DNA of 59,799 nt, the filler included. It is 7 parts of 7 records of this genome, joined end to end, with 100 filler letters (N's around TTAATTAATTAA, not from the genome) between each part and the next. Parts side by side here need not be neighbours in the genome. Positions count along the whole stretch, not along the records: positions 1 to 9,000 come from DRR723986_41054; positions 9,101 to 15,520 come from DRR723986_41347; positions 15,621 to 33,076 come from DRR723986_41422; 4 more parts are not named here. One strand, written 5' to 3'. The translations under genes were made by a program, and so were the position numbers. The notes below the pieces were generated by a model. It saw only the letters and a program-made list of their open reading frames with translations, had not been told where the DNA came from and did not search any database. Positions 8,811 to 19,184 of the stretch are shown piece after piece; the stretch's first letter is position 1, and each line of letters opens with the position of its first letter.

Positions 8811-8831
8811 CTAACCGATGTTGTGTGCAGG
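8804..8831 (+). repeat. Degenerate dif-like site 5, overlapping the MITE right end
   Basis: GGCATACCTAA-CCGATG-TTGTGTGCAGG. Confidence 0.3.
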
Positions 8832-8971
8832 AGTGGTCCTAATATCGCTGGTGGAGACTCTCAAAACAAGATGGCGGTGGTTTGTTCGACGTGTTCAGCG
8901 TGAAGCACATGAGTATAAATTGCGCGGTAGCCAATTGTAAACTGCAGTGCCAAAGCAATCGGCGAATTAGT

Positions 8972-9000
8972 TGCCCCATCTCACGAAAATGACCGCCTAA
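8972..9000 (+). mobile_element. Start of another copy of the IS21-like end, cut by the end of the piece
   Basis: 8972-8995 is the exact reverse complement of 8784-8807 and continues CCTAA as in the copy at 8669. Confidence 0.55.
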
Positions 9001-9100
9001 NNNNNNNNNNNNNNNNNNNNNNNNNNNNNNNNNNNNNNNNNNNNTTAATTAATTAANNNNNNNNNNNNNNNNNNNNNNNNNNNNNNNNNNNNNNNNNNNN
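9001..9100. other. Artificial contig linker (also at 15521-15620, 33077-33176, 39611-39710, 47711-47810, 53623-53722)
   Basis: 44 N + TTAATTAATTAA (stops in all six frames) + 44 N, repeated identically six times. Confidence 0.99.
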
Positions 9101-9232
9101 GCTATACGTCCGTGCGACTCGCACTAGTCAGGCGCCGCGTCCACTTCAAAGTCTGTAAACCGGCTCGCCCGGGCCACAGTCCGCTGTGCTCAATGAAAGC
9201 CAGCTCTTATTGAGTCAGCTTGTACTGAACCA

Positions 9233-10444
9233 GTGTGGCGGGCCGATAACGGGACAAGTCAGCAGCCCCCCTTTGGGAACAATTGCGTGCAACCTAACCC
9301 AAACGGCACGGATGAATCAGGTCCAGATCAGGCTGGCCCAGATTATTCAGCACGTTGCAGTCGTCTTCGAACTGCAATTGGCTCGCTCGGTGCGGACGCC
9401 ATGCTGGTGACCAATGAAACCAACGTCCGCTATTTGACTGGTTTCACAGGCGACAGCAGCTATTTATTGTTGCGAGGCGACGGGCAGGTTATTCTGAGCG
9501 ATCCGCGATACGACGAGCAACTCGCTGAGGAGTGCCCTGACTTCGCCAAACAACTGCGGTCACCCAAGGATTCGATTTCTGCATTCACGCTCGAGTGCTT
9601 AGACGAAGCTGGTTGTAAGAGCGTAGCCGTTGAAGCGTCGCATATGACGTTGAGCCAAGCGGCCGTTTTTCGAGATCGAGGAATCAAACTGGTTGAGTCC
9701 TCGGGTGAGGTCGAGAAACTGCGTGCGATCAAGGACGACTATGAAATTACATTGCTGCGCCAGGCTGTGGATATTGCCCAACGCGTGTTCCGCAGCGTTG
9801 TACCGCGTCTGCACGCTGGATGGACGGAAAAGCAAATTGCCAACGAAATCGACCGACTGATCCGCGAACTTGGCGGCACCGGATGCAGCTTTCCGGTGAT
9901 TGCCGCCGCGGGCGCAGATGCGGCCAAGCCCCATGCCGTGCCTGGCGACTCCACTCTCGGCGAAGCAACGCACCTCTTATTGGATTGGGGCGCGACCTTC
10001 CAGGGCTACCGGAGCGACTTGACGCGAGTGCTGCTGACAAGTAGAATCCCCGCCGAAATTTCGCAGGCCTACGAGGCGGTTTTGGCCGCTCAAGAGGCGG
10101 CAATTCGTGCAATTCGCCCAGGTGTTTCGACCTGCGAAGTTGACGCAGTTGCCCGGGACGTGCTTGGATCCTTCGGACTTGCCGACCACTTCACTCACGG
10201 TTTGGGGCACAGCATCGGCTTGGACATCCATGAAGAGCCAATGATGAGGCCCAATTCGGGAGCAAATTCAGCGGACTCCACTCTGGCCGCGGGAATGGTG
10301 GTTACGGTAGAACCCGGCGTCTACTATCCTGGTGTCGGCGGAATACGCATCGAGGACGACGTGCTCGTCACTCCCGATGGCTGTCAGGTGCTTAGCAGCC
10401 TGCCAAAGGCGATGGCCGACAGTCAATTGGAGCTGTTTGCGTAG
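9233..10444 (+). CDS. Xaa-Pro aminopeptidase/prolidase, M24 family
   Basis: Creatinase-like N-domain and metal-ligand motifs LLDWG, YRSDLTR, HGLGHSIGLDIHE, TVEPG, GIRIEDD. Exact start uncertain. Confidence 0.9.
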   Translation: MWRADNGTSQQPPFGNNCVQPNPNGTDESGPDQAGPDYSARCSRLRTAIGSLGADAMLVTNETNVRYLTGFTGDSSYLLLRGDGQVILSDPRYDEQLAEECPDFAKQLRSPKDSISAFTLECLDEAGCKSVAVEASHMTLSQAAVFRDRGIKLVESSGEVEKLRAIKDDYEITLLRQAVDIAQRVFRSVVPRLHAGWTEKQIANEIDRLIRELGGTGCSFPVIAAAGADAAKPHAVPGDSTLGEATHLLLDWGATFQGYRSDLTRVLLTSRIPAEISQAYEAVLAAQEAAIRAIRPGVSTCEVDAVARDVLGSFGLADHFTHGLGHSIGLDIHEEPMMRPNSGANSADSTLAAGMVVTVEPGVYYPGVGGIRIEDDVLVTPDGCQVLSSLPKAMADSQLELFA

Positions 10445-10531
10445 GCTGAGTGTAAAGCGTCAGCCCTGGAACTCGAATCATTTCGCCCACAACGAATCGT
10501 CAAACTCAATTAGACCCCATCAGGAACTCAG

Positions 10532-11014
10532 ATGGCTAAAGCAGCAGGAAGTGCGTCAAAGAGCGATGTTTTTGACGTGGAACGCATTCGTGACCTTATC
10601 GATCTCATGGAAGAGCGTGGGCTGTGCGAGTTGGACTTGAAGCAGTCCGACCAACAAGTTCGGTTGGTTCGAGGCACCGTTTCCGCCGCTCCCGCTGCGG
10701 CACCGGTTGCTGCACCTGCACAAGCCGCCGCAGCTCCTGAAGCTGCCGCCCCGGCCGCCGACGCCGCGAACATTACGACGATCAGCGCCCCGATGGTCGG
10801 ATCGTTCTACAGCAAACCGAATCCAAACTCGCCAGCATTTGTGAAAGTTGGAGACCGCGTCTCGGCAGACACAGTCGTATGCATTATCGAGGCGATGAAG
10901 GTGTTCAATGAAATTCCCGCTGAGGTTAGCGGAGTGATCACCGAGATCATGGTTAGCGACCAGGATGCAGTCGATTTCGGCAAGCCTCTGTTTAAGGTCG
11001 ACACCAGCGCCTAG
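10532..11014 (+). CDS. accB: Acetyl-CoA carboxylase biotin carboxyl carrier protein
   Basis: Ala/Pro linker, APMVGSFY, and EAMKV biotinylation motif; upstream of accC. Confidence 0.97.
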   Translation: MAKAAGSASKSDVFDVERIRDLIDLMEERGLCELDLKQSDQQVRLVRGTVSAAPAAAPVAAPAQAAAAPEAAAPAADAANITTISAPMVGSFYSKPNPNSPAFVKVGDRVSADTVVCIIEAMKVFNEIPAEVSGVITEIMVSDQDAVDFGKPLFKVDTSA

Positions 11015-11098
11015 CTTCCGGCGCAATCCGTGGCCCCCCTGTCAGCCTTCTCTCCGCGCTCGCACCGTTAACTATTCACTGAGTCTGATTGGCGTTCA

Positions 11099-12442
11099 AT
11101 GTACAACCGAATCCTGATTGCCAACCGTGGTGAGATAGCCCTTCGCGTTATCCGAGCTTGCAAAGAGCTGGGGATCGAATCGGTTGCAGTTTTCAGTGAA
11201 GCTGACCGCGATTCGGCTCACGTGCGATACGCAGACGATGCCTACTGTGTCGGGGCAGCCAAGAGTGCTGATTCGTACCTGAAGATTGAACAAATCATTG
11301 CGGCGGCTGAGGTCAGTGGAGCTGAAGCGATTCACCCCGGCTACGGCTTCTTGGCAGAGAACGCCCACTTCAACGAAGTTTGTCGATCAAGCGATTTTGA
11401 CTTCATCGGTCCATCACCCGAGGCAATGGAGCAACTCGGTGATAAGGCGACGGCGCGTGGTGTCGCGTTGGCTGCAAACGTTCCTGTCGTCCCCGGAAGC
11501 GATGGGCTCATTGCCGACGAAGCGCATGCGGTCAAGGCGGCTGAAGAGATCGGCTATCCGGTTCTGATCAAAGCGACCGCAGGTGGCGGCGGTAAAGGAA
11601 TGCGTGTTGCGACGGATGAAAAGCAACTGCGTGTGGCCCTGCAGCAGGCACAAACCGAAGCTCAGGCTGCATTTGGTAACGCGGGCGTTTACCTGGAGAA
11701 GTTCATCGATCGGCCTCGCCACGTCGAAGTGCAGGTCATTGCTGACAACCATGGAAATGTTTGCCACTTGTTCGAACGCGATTGCTCGGCCCAGCGACGC
11801 CACCAGAAACTGATTGAAGAAAGCCCATCACCTTTGCTTCCCGAGGAGACTCGCACAGCAATTTGTGACGCGGCGGCTCGCATGATTCGCCAGGCGGATT
11901 ACCAGAACGCTGGCACCGTCGAGTTTATTGTCGATGCCAACAACGATTTCTACTTTATCGAAGTCAATGCCCGAATTCAGGTGGAGCACCCTGTAACGGA
12001 AATGGTTACAGGAATCGACCTCATCCAGTCGCAGATTCGCGTTGCATCGGGAGAAGAGCTGCCATTCAAGCAGGAAGATATCCAGCTTAACGGCGCCTCG
12101 ATGGAATGTCGCATCAACGCGGAAAACCCCGCAAAGAACTTCCAACCCTGCCCGGGACATATCAAGAGTCTGTTCATCCCAGGCGGCTTGGGCGTTCGTT
12201 TCGACTCACACGTCCAAGCTGGATACACGGTGCCTCCTTTCTATGACTCGATGATCGGCAAGCTGATTGTCCACAAGCCGACTCGTGAGGAAGCGATTTT
12301 GACCATGATTCGCTGCTTGGAAGAGCTGGACGTTGAGGGAATCGCCACCACGGCGTCCTTCCAAATCGAAATTCTGAAATCGGAAGCTTTCCGAAGCGGC
12401 ACGATCGACACCAAGTGGGTTGAACGCGATCTTCTCGGCTAA
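11099..12442 (+). CDS. accC: Acetyl-CoA carboxylase biotin carboxylase
   Basis: [55 protein letters not shown]. Confidence 0.97.
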   Translation: MYNRILIANRGEIALRVIRACKELGIESVAVFSEADRDSAHVRYADDAYCVGAAKSADSYLKIEQIIAAAEVSGAEAIHPGYGFLAENAHFNEVCRSSDFDFIGPSPEAMEQLGDKATARGVALAANVPVVPGSDGLIADEAHAVKAAEEIGYPVLIKATAGGGGKGMRVATDEKQLRVALQQAQTEAQAAFGNAGVYLEKFIDRPRHVEVQVIADNHGNVCHLFERDCSAQRRHQKLIEESPSPLLPEETRTAICDAAARMIRQADYQNAGTVEFIVDANNDFYFIEVNARIQVEHPVTEMVTGIDLIQSQIRVASGEELPFKQEDIQLNGASMECRINAENPAKNFQPCPGHIKSLFIPGGLGVRFDSHVQAGYTVPPFYDSMIGKLIVHKPTREEAILTMIRCLEELDVEGIATTASFQIEILKSEAFRSGTIDTKWVERDLLG

Positions 12443-13037
12443 GCTCGCAAGGCTTCTTCGTTGCCAGCAAAACTGCTTACGGCCGGGCGAGCCCACCGAA
12501 ACGCCCCTTAGCGTGCCCTAATCTACCAAAGTGAGCGAGCGGGTTTGCCTACGGACCTGGCACTGCTTCCCAGCAGCCCTGATCCATCTCATCCCGCTAG
12601 CAATGAGCCGCTTTGCCGCTGGTGGACCGTCCACCGAGCCCGGTGAAGCGGCACAAGTTTGACCGCTGGTTCTTGGCCGCTAAATCTTCTTTTGGCCGCA
12701 AAGACGTCCTTGCGTGCTACTTGCAAGTGGCCAATGAGTGGTGTCAGCAGGTGTTCAAATGGGCTGTTTGGGTAGAAAGTTCCGGTTTGGTGGACTTTAC
12801 GGTGGGCGTCCCGTTGACAGTCGAAGTCTGAGCGATAACCTAACGGCCAGCTTCCTTAGATTACCCAGATCGCTTGATCGTTATTTCTTGCGATCAGTGG
12901 TTCCGGGCAGAACGCCTCAGGCGTGTCCCGGCGGAAGGAAGCCCAACTAAACAACCTATGAAACAGGCGGAGTCCCGCCCAGATAGCTCAACGGTTGAGC
13001 TATCGACATGAGTGTTGGTAACCTTTGGAGGTATCCG

Positions 13038-13718
13038 ATGAATCGAGTTCTTGTTGCGGGCATCGCTGGCCTAGCCATGCTTTTCTCTGCAAGTCTAACG
13101 TCGCAAGAGGCACACGCCGGCTTGCGTAACCGATGTGGTGGTAAGACTGATTGTGCATCTTCGTGCGGTGGCGCACGTGGTGGACTTTTCAGCCGTCTCG
13201 GCCAATCTCGTTGTGGTGGTCAAAGCGACTGCTGCGGCGAACCTGCTCCAGTTTGCTGCGAGCCAGAACCAGTATGCTGCGAGCCAGAGCCAACTTGCGG
13301 ATGCAAGGGCAAGCGCGAAGGCCTTCTAGCTAAGTTGCGTGCTCGTCGCGCTGCTAAGAAGTGCTGTGGCGAACCTGAGCCAGCTTGCTGCGAACCAGCT
13401 CCTAGCTGTGGATGCGAAGCTCCTGCACCAGCTTGCGGCGGATGTGCTGCACCAGCTCCAGCTTGCGGTGGCTGCGCTACGCCAGCTCCTGCATGCGGAT
13501 GTGCAACTCCAGCTCCAGCTTGTGGCGGATGTGCAACAGCATCTCCATGTGCAACTGCTTCGCCTTGCGGATGCAGCGGTGCAGTCATGACAACTGCTCC
13601 ATGTGCAAACTGCAGCACTACAGTTGACAGCGGAAGCGTTGTTGAAGAAGCAGAAGCTCCAGCGGCTGCTCCTCCAGCTCCAACTCCAGACGCAGCAGCT
13701 GACGCTCCAGCAGCGTAA
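13038..13718 (+). CDS. Secreted Cys/Pro-rich repeat protein (planctomycete type)
   Basis: GGAGG RBS, signal peptide ending AHA, about 31 Cys in CCEPEP and APAPACGGC repeats, acidic Ala/Pro tail. Confidence 0.8.
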   Translation: MNRVLVAGIAGLAMLFSASLTSQEAHAGLRNRCGGKTDCASSCGGARGGLFSRLGQSRCGGQSDCCGEPAPVCCEPEPVCCEPEPTCGCKGKREGLLAKLRARRAAKKCCGEPEPACCEPAPSCGCEAPAPACGGCAAPAPACGGCATPAPACGCATPAPACGGCATASPCATASPCGCSGAVMTTAPCANCSTTVDSGSVVEEAEAPAAAPPAPTPDAAADAPAA

Positions 13719-14120
13719 GTACTTTCCCCGACTTATCTGGGGAACTGCACACTGAAATGAAGTCAGGCTGTCGACACTAGTTGGCAGCCTTTCTTTATGC
13801 GCTCAGCGGGCTTACAGATCCCTGCCGGACGAAGCCGAAAACGCACCTTTCCAACACCCGCACGGCTCACTCTTGGGCTGGACGGCCGCGAATGCCGAAA
13901 ATGTCCAGCGTCACGACTCTTGCCCGCCTGGTCGTACTATCGGTCGAAGAGCGTCTAAGGTAGGATTTGAGCTCACAAAAGTAGCTTCCAGAGCCTTGTC
14001 GGTGAACGTGTAGCTGACAGCACACAGGCCCGATCAACTTGTACCAGCGTTGATGGCTCGCCTCGATATTTTAGTTGCTGGCAGGACGACAAGTCTCGCG
14101 AGCCCAAGGAGTTGACTCGT

Positions 14121-15404
14121 ATGCGTCGTAGGGTCGTTGTCACCGGGATGGGGATGATCAATCCCCTGGGGCTAGATGTAGCCACCGTATGGGACGCACT
14201 GGTAAATGGCCGCAGTGGCGTTGGTGGAATCACCGTCTTCGACGCTTCCAAGTATCCCACGAAGATTGCTGCCGAAGTAAAAGGCTGGGACATTACCGAT
14301 TGCGGTGAAGACGCTCAGTTGTGGGCCAAACGCGGTCGTCACTCGAAATTTGCCGCTGGTGCTGCAAAGCAGGCGGTTGCCGACTCTGGAATTCTTGACA
14401 GCATCACCGATCGCAATCGAATCGGGCTTTACTTCGGCGCTGGCGAAGGCAATCAAGACTTTGCCAATTTCACTCGCATGGTGGCCGCGGCAACTCAAGG
14501 CGAAGATATCGACATCGATGCCTTCATGCGAACTGGGCTCGAAATCCTCGACCCAGAACTGGAGCTTCAGCAAGAGCCCAGTATGCCTAGCGCCCAAGTC
14601 GCAGCCATGTTGGACGTTCGCGGTCCAAACCTCAATTGTCTAACCGCTTGTGCCGCTAGTAGCCAGGCTGTTGGCGAAGCGACTGAGCTGATTCGTGGCG
14701 GAACTGTGGATGCGATGGTCGCCGGTGGTGCCCACAGCATGATTCACCAATTCGGACTGACCGGATTCAGTCTGCTCACAGCGCTGTCCACCAACAACGA
14801 CGACCCAACCGGCGCGTCGCGCCCGTTCGACAGACTGCGAGACGGTTTTGTGCTGGGTGAAGGTGCCTCGGTCGTCATCTTGGAAGAATACGAGCATGCC
14901 AAGGCCCGCGGGGCGGAAATCTACGGTGAAGTGCTTGGATACGGCTGCACCGCAGACGCTTACCGAATCACAGACATTCACCCAGAGGGCCGAGGGGCAA
15001 TTGGCTGCATGACAGCCGCTCTGAAGGATGCCGGAATCTCGGCGGACGAAGTCGGCTACGTGAACGCTCACGGAACCAGCACGACCGTCAACGACAAAGT
15101 CGAAACAGTTGCGTGCAAAGCTGTGTTTGGTGACCGTGCGATGCAAGTGCCAGTGTCCAGCACGAAGAGCATGATGGGTCACTTAATCGCGGCTGCTGGC
15201 GTCACCGAGATGATTGTTTGCTTGCAAGCGATTCGAAACAAGGTGCTTCCACCGACGATTAACCTGGAAAACCCTGATCCGCTTTGTGACCTGGACTACA
15301 TCCCGGGTGAAGCTCGCGAGGCCGACGTGTCCGTGGCACTTAACAATTCGTTTGGTTTCGGTGGGCAAAACGTCACGCTAGCCGTTGGCACTTGCCGCGA
15401 TTAA
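14121..15404 (+). CDS. fabF: 3-oxoacyl-ACP synthase II
   Basis: RRVVVTGMG start, TACAAS (catalytic Cys), HGTST, GHLIAA, NNSFGFGG; AAGGAG RBS before the ATG at 14121. Confidence 0.9.
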   Translation: MRRRVVVTGMGMINPLGLDVATVWDALVNGRSGVGGITVFDASKYPTKIAAEVKGWDITDCGEDAQLWAKRGRHSKFAAGAAKQAVADSGILDSITDRNRIGLYFGAGEGNQDFANFTRMVAAATQGEDIDIDAFMRTGLEILDPELELQQEPSMPSAQVAAMLDVRGPNLNCLTACAASSQAVGEATELIRGGTVDAMVAGGAHSMIHQFGLTGFSLLTALSTNNDDPTGASRPFDRLRDGFVLGEGASVVILEEYEHAKARGAEIYGEVLGYGCTADAYRITDIHPEGRGAIGCMTAALKDAGISADEVGYVNAHGTSTTVNDKVETVACKAVFGDRAMQVPVSSTKSMMGHLIAAAGVTEMIVCLQAIRNKVLPPTINLENPDPLCDLDYIPGEAREADVSVALNNSFGFGGQNVTLAVGTCRD

Positions 15405-15439
15405 CCAATCGCCACCTCACCTTCCCAATTGCAATCGCC

Positions 15440-15520
15440 GTAGGGTGGGTGAACCCCACCAACACGCCCTCCATCTTTAAAGGCAGCGTAAAACGGTTTG
15501 TAGTACCGGCTTTAGCCGGA
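15440..15520 (+). repeat. Two GTAG-type REP-like hairpins
   Basis: GTAGGGTGGGTGAACCCCACC (15440-15460) and GTAGTACCGGCTTTAGCCGGA (15500-15520), each a GTAG followed by a short palindrome. Confidence 0.45.
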
Positions 15521-16007
15521 NNNNNNNNNNNNNNNNNNNNNNNNNNNNNNNNNNNNNNNNNNNNTTAATTAATTAANNNNNNNNNNNNNNNNNNNNNNNN
15601 NNNNNNNNNNNNNNNNNNNNTGCTTGCAATTTGTTGGTGGGGCATGTTTCTAACCCAAAGACTATCAGACTGGACTCAAAGCCCCCAAGCGAGGCTCACT
15701 GAGTAATCGATAACCGGCCGGAAGCGTTTCGTTACGGTATACAATGCAATTACCGCAAGTCACCCCCTACCCATTAGTCTCTTAATCTTCACAGGCTATT
15801 CTCAGGTTCACGCTGAGGCAGGACTACTTCAAAATCACAATTTTAAGGCAAAGAAATCACTCCTCCCTTCACCACGCACCCATCAACCAAAAGTCTCAAA
15901 ACCTCCCGCCTGATATCCCAACAACTAACAAAAACAAAAAAACAAGCGACGTGACAAGACCGCCAGGGATGGAGCGGGGCGAAGTGCCTCAGGCCTGCAG
16001 AAATCGA

Positions 16008-18806
16008 TTAGGGCATGACAGTTGTTAAAACCGAAGTTCGAGTGCTGCCGTCCGAGACTTCGATCACATACACGCCGGTGGGTAGACTACTAAAGTCTAA
16101 TGCGTGCGGGCTTGGCGCGTGACCGGCAATGCTCAACTCGTCGCGAAGAACGGACTGGCCGACGGTGTTAAACACCTGAATTGTAAGACGCGCGGGCCTC
16201 GGCGAGTACAATGTTAAACTGAACAGATTATTGGCCGGGTTGGGGCCATAGTTAACAATCGATAGTGCATTGGCATTCTGTGAATCGAGAACAGAGGTCT
16301 CAAACTTGGGGAGTGTTTTAAATTCAAAAGTATTCGACCATTTGCCGCTGGCGCCGTGACGGATATAACGTGCTCGCGCGTGGACTACAGTGCTATCAGG
16401 AAGGTCATTAAACAGTTCAATGCTGCGTGGATTAACAATTTCATGCTGACTAAGGATCGAACAAAACGCCCCGTCGGCTGCGAACTGCAGTTCCAGAGTT
16501 TCGGCGTCAACCGGGTTCGTGATGCGCAGTTCAAAGGCTTTGGGGTCGTAAAAAGCGAGATCCTCGGTCGCTTCCAGCTCTGTGGTGGGCGGCATGTTAA
16601 GTACGTCGGCAGGTTCGGTGCGCAGATCAAAATCAAAAGTTCCTCCGGCAACAATTGCAGAGTGATCAATCATGCCGCTCGTAAATTCCTGACCGTTTAA
16701 CAGCACACGCTCAACAAACTTATCACCTTGCGCGCTTGGCTTGGCCGTAATCACAAAGGACTTCCCGGGATAATAACGCTCGTCCAAATGTAGCGTCACC
16801 TTGTTAAATAGTGGGCCCGTCACAAGATACGTCGGAGATCCGGGGTTGTCAGGATAAAACCCCAGAGCGGCGTACATGTACCAGGTGGAAAGACAGCCGG
16901 CGTCATCGTTCTGCGGAATTCCGTTCCAGGCGGTTGAAAATGCAGACGACATCAGCGTGCGCGACTGTTCAACACTACGCCATTGCTCACCTGCCACATA
17001 GTTAAACAAAAAGGGATAAGCCAGATTGTGCTGATTCCACCAGTAATGCCCTTCCGTGAAATACTGCTGCAATACTTGTGAATATGCATCCGGGCCGCCA
17101 AACAACTCGATTAACTCTGCCTGCGCATGCGGAACAAAAAAGCGGTAGTTCCAGGCAGTACCTTCCGTAAATCCTGCGCCACCCATATGCTTGTACCCAT
17201 CTTCAAAAACATGCGTATCAGCATCGGGGTCAAAGGGAGTTAACCATTCGCCGGAGGGCAGGCGCGGCCTAAAGAACTTTGTAGTGTGATCAAAGTTCTG
17301 CAGAAAAAATCTGGACCGTTGCTTTAAACGTTTTACATCCTGCGGGCGGCAAAAACTGGCAGCCATATTTGCTGCGCCGGCATCCGCCAGACAATACTCC
17401 AGTAGCAGCGAAACACTCGCATCCGTATAGAACAACCATTCGTCCGAGTAAGGAATAAATCCGCGCTCGCTGAAAGTCCTATTTTCGGGCCGCGATGGAA
17501 AACCATTATCATTTACGAACGAATGCCGCTTAACAGCTTCATAGGCCAGATCGACATCAAAACCGCGCAAACCACGACTGTAAGAATCGCAGATCACAAT
17601 GTTAGCCGGATCGCCGTTCATGACATACGTGTCCGTGCCGACAATCTCCCAGAGCGGCAAAGAAGCAGTTTCTTTGTAGTGTTCCAGCATCGACTGCAGC
17701 ATGTCGTTCTGCTGCTCGGGATACATCAATGTTAAAAAGGGATGTACTGTGCGGTAGGTGTCCCACAGTGAATACAAGGTATAACGCGTATAGTTTTCGG
17801 CCGTTTTAACAATGCCATTTTTACGATCCGGATATTCGCCATTGACATCATTAAACACATTGGGATGCAGTAAGGTGTGATACATTCCCGTGTAAAAGAT
17901 GGTCTTATTCTCTACATTGTCATCTTCCACCTGAATGCGCGAAACAGTTGCATTCCACTCGTCATAGGCAGCGTCGGCCACGCCGTCAAAGTCCCAATCC
18001 GGCAGCTCGGCTTCGAGGTTAAGTTGCGCATTGTTAATGCTCACATAAGAAATGCCAACCTTAACAAGGATCTGTTCACCGGCCTGTGTGTTAAAACGCA
18101 TAAACCCGCCAACGTCCCTGCCCTCGGCACTCAGAACTTCCGCAGGCTGCACTTCCCCGTCCTTAAACACACCCGCACTCGATACCGCTTTTGAAAAACG
18201 CGCATAGAAATAGATCGTTTCACTGGTTTCATAACCGCAAAAAATACCGCCCGTCTTAAACCCAACCAAGGTCGAATCATCTCTGACTTCGACATAAGCA
18301 TTCTCGGTTCGAGTCAGGCCGCCGGTCACATGCATCAAAATATTGGCATCACCGGCCTGTTCTTCAAAAGTGAAACGCGAAATCCCCACTCGTTTAGTAC
18401 TCGCAATCTCCGCATCTATAGCATAACTATGTAAACGCGTCGAAAAGTAGCCCGCACGCGACTCACTATCCGCGGCTGCATAACGCGACGAAAACTCAAT
18501 TTTTTTTGTTAACACTGGACCGCGCGTAGCCATTAACAAAAGATTGCCCAATCCCGTACACCCAGGACCGCTCACATTTGTATGCACAAATCCATAAATA
18601 CGGCTGGCCCGGGCATAAAACCCACTAACTGTTCCAAAATTGGTATGCGGCGCAAGATTCACCATCCCCCACGGCCGCGACGCCCCGGGAAAGGTATTCC
18701 CAGTCCCCTGCGTCCCAATCATCGGATCAATATACTGCGCATAATCAGCCTCCTGCGCACACAAATTTGCACACATAATTCCCGACAGAAGCAGCAGCAA
18801 AACCAT
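16008..18806 (-). CDS. GH92 family alpha-mannosidase with a T9SS C-terminal domain
   Basis: YIDPMIGT..GNTFPGA..PWGMV, SLWDTYRTVHP, EGTAWNY, NDDAG.LSTWY...LGFYP; C-terminal GPNPA...GVYVIEV tail. Start placed at the signal-peptide Met. Confidence 0.9.
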   Translation of the reverse strand: MVLLLLLSGIMCANLCAQEADYAQYIDPMIGTQGTGNTFPGASRPWGMVNLAPHTNFGTVSGFYARASRIYGFVHTNVSGPGCTGLGNLLLMATRGPVLTKKIEFSSRYAAADSESRAGYFSTRLHSYAIDAEIASTKRVGISRFTFEEQAGDANILMHVTGGLTRTENAYVEVRDDSTLVGFKTGGIFCGYETSETIYFYARFSKAVSSAGVFKDGEVQPAEVLSAEGRDVGGFMRFNTQAGEQILVKVGISYVSINNAQLNLEAELPDWDFDGVADAAYDEWNATVSRIQVEDDNVENKTIFYTGMYHTLLHPNVFNDVNGEYPDRKNGIVKTAENYTRYTLYSLWDTYRTVHPFLTLMYPEQQNDMLQSMLEHYKETASLPLWEIVGTDTYVMNGDPANIVICDSYSRGLRGFDVDLAYEAVKRHSFVNDNGFPSRPENRTFSERGFIPYSDEWLFYTDASVSLLLEYCLADAGAANMAASFCRPQDVKRLKQRSRFFLQNFDHTTKFFRPRLPSGEWLTPFDPDADTHVFEDGYKHMGGAGFTEGTAWNYRFFVPHAQAELIELFGGPDAYSQVLQQYFTEGHYWWNQHNLAYPFLFNYVAGEQWRSVEQSRTLMSSAFSTAWNGIPQNDDAGCLSTWYMYAALGFYPDNPGSPTYLVTGPLFNKVTLHLDERYYPGKSFVITAKPSAQGDKFVERVLLNGQEFTSGMIDHSAIVAGGTFDFDLRTEPADVLNMPPTTELEATEDLAFYDPKAFELRITNPVDAETLELQFAADGAFCSILSQHEIVNPRSIELFNDLPDSTVVHARARYIRHGASGKWSNTFEFKTLPKFETSVLDSQNANALSIVNYGPNPANNLFSLTLYSPRPARLTIQVFNTVGQSVLRDELSIAGHAPSPHALDFSSLPTGVYVIEVSDGSTRTSVLTTVMP

Positions 18807-19184
18807 CTTGTTAGTCACGGAGTGAAAAATGTCAAGTCGCTCAATCATCAGTCTTCCTCGTCACCGAAACCGGATCAATTTATCGTCTGGTCCAGGCTTT
18901 GAACCAGAGCAAAGTCAGAGAAGTATGCGTCGATTTACAGTTGGGGGTGGATTCAATATACTAAAAGTACAGGAGTTGTGTTTCCCTGCTCTTGTCACAT
19001 GCACATTCACAGGGCCGGGAGTCTGCTTAACAACACAGGAATCGCGAGTGTGGTGCGTGTCAATCGGCCCGGTGCATATATCTCACAATCGCTTGCATGC
19101 GGAGATGCATTTCATCATCCGGCGAATTTTTCCTATTCTAGGGGTATTCCAACATTCCAATTCCAACATTCTACAAACTACACC

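Noticed and set aside
9001-9100. Recurrent TTAATTAATTAA palindrome within N runs
   Set aside because: Artificial contig separator; gene neighbourhoods across it are meaningless.
9186-15368. Many short overlapping ORFs within the M24, accB, accC and fabF genes
   Set aside because: Alternative-frame or antisense shadows of well-supported housekeeping genes.
18978-19184. N-terminal extension of the cytochrome ORF containing CSCH
   Set aside because: Not a CxxCH motif, and it lies upstream of the signal-peptide Met at 19185.
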